Origin: Proteromonas lacertae
Lineage: Eukaryota
Assembly (NCBI GenBank): GCA_002245135.1
Contig: NGBS01000007.1
Coordinates: 124,001 to 188,000 of the forward strand
DNA: 64,000 nt
Direction: 5' to 3'
Positions 40,952 to 53,100 of the stretch are shown here, in pieces. The notes under the pieces are model-generated. The model was not told the origin of the DNA, ran no database searches, and saw only the letters and a list, made by a program, of their open reading frames with translations. The translations under genes were made by a program, and so were the position numbers. Numbering within the stretch: the stretch's first letter is position 1; every line of letters begins with the position of its first letter.

Positions 40952-43036
40952 TTAACAAACTCCAAGTAAAGCAATTCTAACATTATATTCTGCCATTAAA
41001 GTCTGATTTCTTGTTTGTTTCGCTTCATAATAAACATCTAAAGCATCAAGAGCAGGATCAATCAATTCATCAAAATATACTGTATTTTCTTCTTGATGTT
41101 TTTCTTTCAAATTTAATAATATCTCATAAATTGTTATCTTGATTGGTTCACCTACTCGAATTGCCACTTTTATTAAAGCTTCAGTTGCCATCTTTCTAGC
41201 TAACCAAGTTCCTGTTTTAGCTATTGATTCTAATCTCAACACAATTGATAACAATGGGAAATTACCTATACAACTAATACCATTACCAGCTGCAGAAGAT
41301 TTTTGTTCTTTATCTTGACATAATTCACAAGCATGTTCACCCAAGAACCACATTCCAGCAATCTGCAATCTCAAGATTGGTAATCTATTGGGAGTATTTA
41401 AATCAGTATCTAATAATGTATATAAATATTCTAATATTGGTTGAGGAGCAGCTTTACAACTACTATCCCATAAAGAAATCATAGCTTCAGGTTGCAAGGC
41501 TGTACTATCTTTCTTAAACCATTCACCAGCTATTTGAATACCCATTCCTGCTAAGCTAGCTGTCATTGATACTCTAGCATTTATAACATTTAATATAAGT
41601 GTCACTTCTTCTGGAGTGATATTTAACACTGAACAAGAATCAACAAATGAATCTACAAATTCACGAGATCGGCTTTCATTTGGAGCTGGTAATAACCATA
41701 CTACTGCAGAGATTGCTCTTAATCTTAAACTCAATGGATAATTTAGATTGATTATCATCGCATTGAGATACTCTACCACTTTAAACAATTCATCTAATAC
41801 TACACTGGATGGTTCTATTCCTGCTACTACACGAGCTCTTCCTAATCTTTCTATATATCGAACAAGTGATTGTATTTCTGGTCTATTGTCATTATTCACT
41901 GCTTCATTTAAGTCTTTGAATATTGTAGTTATTATTGTTGGTAATAAAGCTATTAGAGTTATTATTATTATTAATATTATTATTATACTTTGACCAGGTT
42001 GATTGGATTCTTTGCCTTTAGAATTTGTACATTCTAATCTATCCCATCTGAAATTTAATAACGACTATATACATATTTTATAATAATAGATATATTATTT
42101 TATACATTAGCAACTTCTAATCTTGCTCTTTTACTATCACTTGTCAATCCTCTAATTAACTCTGGATAATATTTCTTTTGTAATGGAGGATAGTTTGAAA
42201 AACAAATATTCAAGCAGATTTTATAATAATACACTGTAGCAAATGAAGTTTCAACATTCACTTTTCTATCAGGAGTTGTTGATGATAATAATATAGGCTT
42301 TAATAAAGTACCAACAGAATTAGGATCAAATCGACTGATGTTATATATTGCAGCTAATGCTTGATAGGCAGATTCACCATTATGAAATGGAACTGTTGAT
42401 CCTTTGATTAAAAAGGGCAAAAATGAAGCGTACATCTTCTCTTTGACTCATATAATGACGTTTTAAACATCCATAATAAGTGGCTGACATGAAACAGTGT
42501 AGTTCGTGTGTTTTTCTATCTCCTTTTTTCATCTATTTATTATTATATATTATATACAGCACTTGTATCAGCAAATGGATCCCAAGATGATAGAATACTG
42601 TATAGATCTTGAGTTAATACGTCCGAGGAGGGATTTAATGATTCTAAAAACGACAAAGTTCTATAAGCTTGTAATCTTCGAGGATCATATTCATTTGTTA
42701 ATTCCACTTTTGTATCATTAATTATTGCATTTAAATCATCTTCATCACATATACGACATCCTTGTGTGATAAAGAAATGAGCTAATCTATCCACTTTTAA
42801 AGCATCATCTCCCTTTTTTATTTTAGCAAAGAGTATATAGTTAAGAAAAACATGTACATATGATTTACATAACAATTAAAAATGATATGTCTTGCACAAG
42901 CACGTGTGAAAGAAGGATCGGTGAAATCTATATATTGAGCAAGATCTCTCATCTGTTCTAAAAGTTTGTTAAATTTAATATCATTCTGAAGTGCTGCAGA
43001 TATTTCACCTGCTTTCTGTCGATAGATTGAATTCAT
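40952..43036 (-). CDS. TSET complex large subunit, TSAUCER/TASH3-like (multi-exon)
   Basis: WFLGEHA, LRLESIAKTGTWLARKMATEALIKVAIRVGEPIKITIYEIL and LIDPALDALDVYY parallel recalled plant TASH3 motifs (GSWEVRI..QAL..AIRSGEPFRLQIYEFL). Confidence 0.7.
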
Positions 43037-43077
43037 AAAATCTTTCTAACTCAAGCTTATAAGTTTGACATTTAAAA

Positions 43078-43356
43078 ATGAATTTTCTTGCATTAAAAAC
43101 TCCACAGTTGTTATTCAATAGTATATATAATTGATTTATTTTTACAGGTGGAATATCCGCAGCATGCACTAACTTTATAAAGCCAGTACTTTCATATTCG
43201 GCATTTCAATATTTTCCTCTTATTTCACTCATTCCATCTATTTTATACAAAGGTAGAAACAAAAGATGGCCAAAGAAAGCAAATCATGGAACAAGACCAT
43301 GTAATCATGTTGCAAGAAGGCTAAAAGCACCAAAGAGATGGACAAAACATAATTAA
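43078..43356 (+). CDS. Small 83-aa protein with presequence-like N-terminus and basic KKANHGTRPC tail (bL37-like; putative mitoribosomal)
   Basis: Exons 43078-43120 and 43148-43356 with a 27-nt GT-AG intron give an uninterrupted 252-nt CDS; absent from the ORF track. Confidence 0.75.
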
Positions 43357-43424
43357 CAAAAATAATTTATCTTTTAGTTTCCTAAATTATGAAAAATTGG
43401 GATATTTTATTAACAATTACACGA

Positions 43425-44046
43425 TTACTCTTTAATTTCGATTTGAGGTTTTTTAGCTTCTTCCTCTCTTGCTCTTATTTGTGCTCTTAGTCGATTTTGG
43501 TCTCTTCTTACTCGTTTCTGGTGTTTAGTTAGATGCTCTGGCTGTTTTTCTTCAACTTGAATTGTTAAATGTGAATGTTTTCTAACCATTATTCCATGTC
43601 TTCCTCTTGATTGATATCTCACTCGTTTATCATATGATCCTCTACCAACTATTGATTGTGTCACTATTAAATTCTCTGGTGGAACTTCATATCTTATATC
43701 TGCTAGATTTGCTGCATTTTGAACTGTTTTTGAAACTACAGTTGCTATTTTTTTGTGTGAAAATTGAAGCTGCTTTAAAGCATCCGGTACAGTCATTCCA
43801 GAAATTAAATTTGCTACAGGAACTAATTTTCTGGGAGAAACCTTTATTGATTTTTTAGTTGTTTTTGCTATTATTTTTTCATCATTTTTAATTTGATTTG
43901 TTGTTTTTTCATTTTTCAATTCTGAAAATGATCTAATTAAATATGGTTGAACTATTAATATAAAGAACTGCAATCATACAACATAAAGATTTATTTGGTA
44001 TATTGAAGGATAAGCGAGAAAAAGACAAAACTAGTTTATTCATCAT
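43425..44046 (-). CDS. MRPL22: Mitochondrial ribosomal protein uL22m (2 exons)
   Basis: SPRKL..VANLISGM..AL.QLQFS.KK, RGRHGIMVRKHSHLTI; presequence exon. Confidence 0.88.
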
Positions 44047-44324
44047 CAAGTCAAGTTATAAATTTGGGGATTTTTCTTTCATTCAAGAATATAATTCTAT
44101 ATGGCATTTTATTCACCAATTGAATAGTAAATAAAGTTACTTTCGAGTTTAGTGATAGTTTTAGAATAGATTCAACCTGAAATAATAAAAGTGCTTCTTT
44201 AATCAAGATCAGGAGTTAAAAATTCAAAACAAATCTATTTATGTAATAAATATGGACCCATTAATTTAATTATTGAGATTATTGTCTTGTTTAATGAAGT
44301 AAATAAGCAGAAAAAACAAAAAGT

Positions 44325-44338
44325 AAATGACGTCATTT
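44325..44338. promoter_or_regulatory. 14-bp palindrome with CRE/ATF core TGACGTCA
   Basis: AAATGACGTCATTT between the divergent uL22m and RPS6 genes. Confidence 0.45.
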
Positions 44339-44415
44339 CTAGTTAAATCATTTCCCCCTTATTTTTTCGATAAATTCATGCCATTCCCCTGAAGCATTTT
44401 TAAGGTTTTCAAAGC

Positions 44416-45347
44416 ATGAAGGTATGTTATAGAGACTATCTTTACATCTAAAAATTGTTCTACCTATTTTTATGTCTTTTTAACTATCTATCTACTATTT
44501 TAATTCATTATTTTATACAATTTTAGCTTAATATTGCTTATCCACCACTCGGAACAGAAAAATGTATTACCGAAGATGATGAAGCTAAACTGTATTATTT
44601 TTTGGAGTATTATCTATTAGTCGTTGTTTCTATGAAAAGCGTATTTCACAAGAAGTTAATGGAGATGAATTAGGTGATGATTACAAAGGATATGTCTTCA
44701 GGTATAATAACTAATGAATTAATTCCACTAATAGAATCACTGGAGGAAATGATAAACAAGGTTTCTGTATGGTACAAGGTGTATTATGTAATCACAGAGT
44801 TAGATTATTATTACACGAAGGTTCAAAAGGTTACAGAACCAGACGTACTGGTGAAAGAAAGAGAAAGAGTGTAAGAGGTTGCATTGTCGGACCAGATATG
44901 TCTGTTCTTAACTTAGTCATAATTAAACAAGGTGAAAAGCCAATTCCAGGTTTAACAGAAGAAAGCTGTGCTATTCCAAGAAGAAAAGGACCAAAGAGAG
45001 CTAATAACATAAGAAAATTATTCAACTTAACAAAAAGTGATGATGTTACAAAATACGTAGTAAGAAGAAAGATGGAACACAAAGGTAAGAAAATAGATAA
45101 AGCACCAAAGATCCAAAGATTGATTACACCAAGAAGATTACAAAGAAAGAGAAGATAGTATAGTGATTTAAATTTTATTTTTTAAAATAGTTTAAAAGAA
45201 AGAGCAGCTGCACAATCTAAAGCTAAATTAGAAGCTCAACAATACCAACAATTAAAACAACAAAGAGCAAAAGAACTTAAAGAGAGACATTCATCAGAAT
45301 TAGCTAAAAGAAAGAGTCGTCAAGAAAAGAAAACAACTAAAGCATAA
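44416..45347 (+). CDS. RPS6: 40S ribosomal protein S6 (eS6), multi-exon
   Basis: [45 protein letters not shown]. Confidence 0.97.
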
Positions 45348-45459
45348 ATGTAACCATTATATCTTCAAGGGGATATTGTTTTTATTTGTTTGTGGGAGTG
45401 GGTTAGTCAATAATCAAATTAAAACAAATATATTCGTTTTATTTTGGAACACAATCTTA

Positions 45460-46721
45460 ATGAAATATTTAAGCTTAATTCTCATTATAGCTTCATGTTA
45501 TGCACTTGAAAATGGTTTAGGCCGTACTCCAGCCATGGGATGGAACTCTTGGAACCGTATTTTAAGTGGTAGTTATTCTTTATAGATTTTGCTTGTGATG
45601 TTAGCGAAAAGATGCTAAAAGAAACAGCTGTATTATTATTATATTTTATAAAAAATTAGGATGCTATGGTATCCACCGGAATGAAAGATGCTGGTTATAT
45701 TTATGTGAACATTGTATATTACCATTTTTATCTATTGTAGGATGATTGCTGGCAAGTAAAGAGAGATGAAAACAGAAAAATTGTTGAAGATAAAGAAAGA
45801 TTTCCAAGTGGAATGAAAGCTTTAGGAGATTACATTCACAGCAAAGGTTTAAAGTTTGGTATATATTCTGATGCTGGAACTAACACCTGTGCTGGTCGTC
45901 CTGGTTCTTTAGGTTATGAGAAAGAAGATGCTGAAAGTTATGCAGAATGGGGTGTAGATTATTTAAAATATGATAATTGTTTTGATGATGGTACATCTCC
46001 TAAAGTAAGATATCCACCAATGCGAGATGCTTTGAATAAGACAGGAAGACCAATTTTATTCTCAATGTGTGAATGGGGAGTAGAAAATCCAGCTGAATGG
46101 GCAAGACCAGTTGGAAATAGTTGGAGAACAACTTATGATATAAGTGATCAATGGAATAGTATGATTAACATAATGGACCAAAATGAACCTTTATATCCCG
46201 CAGCTGGTCCAGGTGGTTTTAATGATCCTGATATGTTGGAAGTAGGAAATGGAGGTATGACTGATGTTGAATATAGAGTATATATAGTTATTTTTTATTT
46301 AATTAAATAGACTCACTTTGCTTTATGGGCATTAATGAAATCCCCTTTATTAATTGGGTGTGATGTAAGAAATATGGATAATGCTACAGTAGAAATCTTA
46401 CAAAATAAAGAGATAATCGAAGTTAATCAAGATCCATTAGGTATTCAAGGTCATCGTGTATGGAACGATGGTAAGAAGTATGAAATATGGTCTGGTGATT
46501 TAGTTAACGATAAGAAAGCTGTTATATTATTCAACAGAGAAGGTGATGAAAAAGCTGATATTACACTTAACTTCAATATGATTGGATTAACTCAAGGAAC
46601 AACTGCCGAAGTTTATGATTTGTGGAATCATAAATCACTTGGCACTTATTATGGAAGCTTCACTGGTAAGGATATTCCAAATCATGGTAATATGATGTTG
46701 AGAATAACACCAATATTATAA
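45460..46721 (+). CDS. Secreted alpha-galactosidase, GH27 (multi-exon)
   Basis: Signal peptide, [43 protein letters not shown]. Confidence 0.95.
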
Positions 46722-47132
46722 AGATTGTAATTGAAATCTATAATATAAATATTTGTTGGGAATGTTGTAATTATTTCTAAGTCATAATAAATAATTCTAT
46801 TCATCACAATATTTCATTGTTTTAATTACCATTATTTCATTAATCGTATTAGAATATAACATATAGACCGTCATATGATATTATAGAATGAAGCAATGCC
46901 TTTATATTTTTAAATTATAGATGGTCATACACACACTCTCATTTAACGTTCATCTTAAACATCATGTAGTTTTGTCATTAAAACATCAACTAAATGGAAG
47001 ATTAAGTCATTAAGTAAAACGTATGATATTTGAAAATTTAATAAGTCATTTGCTAAAATATTTTAAAATGAAATACAGAAAACCGAAAAGATCAAGATCC
47101 GAATATTTGAATTAATTCTTAGATACGCTGAT

Positions 47133-50100
47133 ATGGGTTTTTTATTCATATTTATTACATTTCTGTGTATTAATTGTTTATTTATTTTTATTAGGTTGCT
47201 CTACTTTAACAGAGCAGTATTTAGAGAGAAATGGAAGTGATCATGTGCAAATGTCAGATAAGTCAACAATTCAGTCTGTAATTCAAGAACAAGATGATGT
47301 ATCGAATGTTATTGTTGGGAATAAATCCGATATGAAGAGTGATATTTGCCAAAATTCTGACATTTTAGTTAAACTTTACTACCACACTGTTTATACAGTT
47401 GGAAAATTAGACAGTCAAATATACCAAGGTATAAATATGGAACCCTTAGGATTGTACGAAGGTGAAAAGAAGATTGACTTATCAAAGTTGTTTGGATCGA
47501 AAACAGTCAATGGTACACAATCTAGTTCATTATGCTTAAGTGCTGGCATATATGATATTAGAAGAAATGAAGAAATGAAATCAAATGTTGAGTATGGAGT
47601 TTTAGATATTGAAGTGGATGGTAAAATTATTTCAACAGTCAATATTAAAGATATAAACGTTGATAAAAGTGTGAAAGTGAATATAGCTAAAGAAATTGAA
47701 GAAAGATCTACAGTTAGACAGTTATCCAGTTCGATTGTGTTATCAGAGAATAGTGAATGGGGTTATTCAAACAATCCACAAAGTGATATTACTTGGAGTA
47801 ATTCAAATAATGATTGGACTGTATATTTACCATCCAAATTCCCCTCAAAGATTACAACTACCACTTATTATCGTAGAACAGTCTTACTTCCAGATATTGG
47901 ATTTATAAACTCTCCTATTATGAAGATAAAATATACTGATGGTTTAATCGTTTATGTAAATGGAATAGAAATCTTTCGAAAGAATATGCCTGTAGATGGA
48001 GTTATAACATCAGAAACAAAAGCAAGTAAATCATTCAATGAATTAATAGAATCTACCATTTCCATCCCTCAATCAGTTATTAACAGTTTAATCAATTATA
48101 TTGGTATAGAAATTCACAAATCTAATGAAAGTCCTGAAACACAAGTTGATAGTTTTTCAGTAACAATAGAAACTAATGATAGAGGATTAGAAAAAGTTAC
48201 AAATGCTGATAATGTGGATGTTACTATTAAATCAGAATCAGGTACAGAATTTGTATCAGAACATATTAATAAAATTTATGATATGAACACTATTTTTAGT
48301 GTAGATAAAATTAATACAAATTATTATCCAATTAATTTTGATTTTACATTTAAGAATCATGTAGCTAAATATTTTAATCAAATCCAAATGAGTGGATGTA
48401 CAAATGATGCTAGTACTCATCCAAAGCATATTCAGGTTTATGCTTCTGTTGATAGTGAAAATATAGAATGGATAAAACTATATGAAAATGAAGATATGGG
48501 ATATTCTACTTCAGGTTGTAAAGATATTACAACAATCCCAGTAAATGCAAATAATAAAGCTTATGAAATTTATAGATTGAAAGTTATAACAAATAATGGT
48601 AATGGTGCTTATATACAATTTCAATTGTTTATATTAAATGAATCACCTTTGTCATTATGCCAATCAAGTGATGGATTTCCTTCTACCAATATTGGTTCTA
48701 CTTCAATTACTTATTGTGGTACTGGATATAAACAAAGAAGATGTGGAGAGAATGGTGTATGGGAAGATGTTGCTAATCATGAATGTACAACGAATTATTT
48801 ATATTTATCAACCAAACCATATACAGAAAATACATTGCAATTAGGAAAAAATATAAAATCCTTATCAACTATTGTCCATGGATTAACATATTCTGGAAAT
48901 GTTTTAACAATGAGTAGTGATAATGATAATCAATTTGTTGAATTGGTTATAGTTACATTCACTGATGATTCTACTGCTAGTGTTTATGTTAGTGTATTAA
49001 ATAATGAAATAAAATGTAGTTATGGTTTTGATTCAATCAATTTATTTGAAATGGATTATGATTTAAAATTGAAGTGTAATGTTCAACCTATTGGTATTGT
49101 TGCAACTAATTTACCTTCAGGTCTTATTTGTGATAGTATTACAGGTGAAATAAGCGGAAGAATAACAACTACAACACAAGAAATAACAACAACAATTAAA
49201 TTTCATGCTGATAAAGAATTTTCATTTACAATAGTTTGGAAAACAGGTAGTTTAACAAAAGGATTAGAGTTTATTAATTGGAAAGAATCTAGAACAGATG
49301 GAATTGATAAAGATGAAAAGTTTTCAGCAATTCCATTAAATGATATGTGGGTGAAGTTTGAAAATGGATATTATGATGTAAAAGACCCAACAGTAATTAC
49401 TGATACTGAAATAATATATTCATAATGGAGGTTGTAAAACTAATTATTGGGTTCCATGCGAATATGCTGTGGCTAGAATAAGAGGATATATATACATTGC
49501 TGAAGAAGGAGATTATGTATTATCTGGAAGTTCTGATGATAGACAAAAGTTTGCATTTGGTAATTTATGAAGTTGGAAAGATATTCAACAACAGGTTATG
49601 GCAGATGAAAAGAACTTTTCCAGTTCATTTAACTAAAGGATATCATCTTGTTGGATATTTATCATGGGCTGGAGGAGGTCAGAATGATTTTAAAGCATAT
49701 TATACTAAGCCAAGTGGATAGTGAAGCAGTAAAATTAATGATATAATTTATAATGGTGGATTTTTATTAACTCATTTAGCATATGAAACAAAAACAATAG
49801 TATATAATGAAGGTGTTAGTAGAACAATAACAGCATCATATGAAGGATATCCATCAACATGGTCAATGAATACTCCAATAGTTGGTTTAAGTATTAGATT
49901 AGATGGAGCATTAGTTGGTGTTCCAACAGTGTGTGATAATCAGTTTAAATTGGTTGAAATTAGTTCAAATGGCGCAATTGATATTTCTAAAACCACTGTT
50001 CAAATCATATGTTATAATCTAAATAATAAGAATAGCAAAATCAATGGATTATCAGTGAAATATTATATTGCAAGTATTATTAATATAGATTCATTTGAAG

Positions 50101-53100
50101 AACCATCATTAGCAATTGGTTCAAAATTAATGTTAGAAAGAGTAGAAAAATCTTCAATATTCCATTCTCAAAGTGCAGATTTATGGAATGGATTAAGATC
50201 AACAATGATAAAATCATTTATAGCTGATTATAAAGGTTATTTGAATATAGAAACAGGTGGAATTTACAAAATGAAATTAAAATGTTATGATTATTGTCGA
50301 TTAGAGTTAGGAGATATAGTATTTGAAGGAGTAGGAAGTGGTTTACATGAAATAGATAAAACATTAACTCTTTCAAGTCAATTATATAAGCTTCGAATAA
50401 TTTATAAAAAGAGTGGGAATGATGAAACAAAGCAATTAGAATTTTTATATGTAAGTAGTAGTGGAAGTTATGTGCCAATTCCAAATGAATGGTTATTTAC
50501 TGATCAACCATATCCATTTATATATTCATCAATATATAACAATTATTATGTTGATGATTCTATTTCATATTCTATTATTGATAAAAATGTTGTAGTAGAT
50601 GAATTTACTTATTCAATTGAGCCATTATTACCAAAAGGTTTTAGTTTTAATAAACAAACTGGCGAAATATCAGGAACACTAACAAATGCCTATAATAAAG
50701 TAACTTATACAATAACAGCTGAAAAAGATGGAACTCAATATTTCTCTGAAATTACATTTGAAGTAAAACCAAAAGTAGAACCAGTTGTGGATTATTCAAA
50801 TGAAGGTTTAACAGGAAAGATAAATGAAGACTTTACATTATCGCCAACAAATATAGTTTGTGAGAGTATTACTTTAATTACATCAGTTGATTTTATATTC
50901 ATTGATTCAAATGGTGTTTTAACAGGTAAAGCAATTGGTTCATATTCTGCCACAATAAAAGTAGAATGTATTACTTATAAAACAATATCTGTTGATGTAA
51001 ATGTTAATATAGCAGGTTGTGATTCTGGAAATGAGTTTTTAATAATGGATTACTTAGTAAAAAATCAACCAGAAAGTGTAACATTAGAAATATTGAATGG
51101 TGAAATACCAATTTATTCCTCATCAAGTGAAGGATCATTAGAAGTGAATAAAGTATATACATTTATGCAATGTATTCCATCAACAACAAATCAATTGAAA
51201 ATCACATCGAAATCCAAATTAGGTGGTTGGTATAAATTGTATTATAGCCACAGAAATTTGTTTAAATATTCATCATTCTATAACGATGAAACAATTCTAA
51301 TAACAATGACTCCAACAAGTTATAAACCTGTATTAAGTTATGCCTCAACATCATTTGAATTTGCATTTGAGATTTATTATGAAATATATCCATCAATAGA
51401 AAATGGAGGGAAAATATTTGTAGTAACAAATGAAGAGAATTTACCAAAAGGAATGGCATTTGACAAAGAAAGTGGTTTAATTTATGGAACTCCAACAGAA
51501 GCTTCTGAAGCAAAACAAGTCAAAATAACAGTAAAGAATTCACCAAATGGGGAAATGAGCGATGAAATTACATTAACAGTTTCATCTGGTAATTGCAAGA
51601 AAGTATTCTTCGAAGTAAATTTATACATTGCAAGTGGTGATGAAAGTTTTATAACCTATAAAATGACGAAAGAAGGAAAAGAAATTCCATTATTTGATGA
51701 AAAAGTAGGTGAGAATAAGAAATATTTCTGTGAAGATCCAACAACTTATGAATTAACCTTAGGAAGCACAGGAAATCAATTTTGGGAATATAGTGATATG
51801 AGATTACAATTATTACACAATGGAGCAGTGTTATTTAGAGGAAGAAATACAGGTGGAACAAGTGAATCAAAAGCCAAAGTTAATACAAAGAATCTAATTA
51901 TATATAAAAGTCAAATCAAATATACTGAAGAGATTCAGCAGAGTAATGATTGGAGTGAATTATCGTATGATTCAAGCAATTGGCAAAATGTAGATGTTTT
52001 ACCACCATTTAATGCTGATAAATTGGTGAGATATTATATCCAATCATTTGAATTTACTGAAGATACAACTGATTTATCAATGTTTTATTTATCATTTACA
52101 TTCTCAAATGGTGGTATTAGAATGTTTATGAATGGAATAGAATTTTACAATAAATATTTACCAAAAGATGCAACAAGTGAAACATGGGGTGGTAGTTATG
52201 AAAAGAATGAAAGAAAATATTTTGTAACAGCTCCAATAACATTATTACAGAAGAATGGAAATAATATTTTAGGAATAGAATTTCATAAATCTGATAAAAG
52301 TTTAACTGGAGCAGATGAATTTAAGATAAATGAATTTCATTTATTATCTGGAATAAATACTTGTCAATTTGATAAATATACATATTTTGAAGCAGGTACG
52401 GCAGCCGAAGAATATAAATCATTTAGTTCTGAGCCATTAATTAATGCATTTAAATACAATTATAAGAGCGGTATAAAAGCAACATGGAACAAAGATACTG
52501 TTGATATTTCAAAACCTATATGGTTTGAGTTTGTATTTGCTCCAGAAGAATCAAGATGGTTTAATGGTTTACAATATAGAACTGGAAGTAATTCGAATAG
52601 ACTAGTTGAAGGATTTGAAGAAATTGGAATAAAAACATATCTAGATTCAGCTACTCGTGAATATATTCCAGTGTTTCATTATCCTGATAATACAACTGAA
52701 ACATTACAGTCTGGTTATCATTCAAAATACCTTTCAGTAAAAAGTGAGAATAATATGGCATTTAATGGAATAAGAATAAATATAACTAAACTTCATCAAG
52801 AAGATGGTGGTGATACTGCTGGCGTTTATCCTTATAGTTGTAGATTATCATGTTTTACAGATGGTGAATGGAAATCTATGCCAAATGGAGAAACTAGCAA
52901 AATTAGTTGCGGAAAAGGATCAAATAGTTTTATAACCAGAACATGCGGAGATAATGGAGAATGGGGCGAAGTTAATTATTCTGCTTGTGGAAGTAAATGC
53001 GAAAAAACAGTGTATGGTATAGCAATAGATGTATATAAAGATGTTGATATTGAAGTGAAATGTCCAAATGATCAGAATAAGAAATGGACAGGAAAATGTG

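Noticed and set aside
44422..44526. Unusually long (105-nt) first RPS6 intron as a snoRNA host
   Set aside because: No convincing C/D or H/ACA boxes seen
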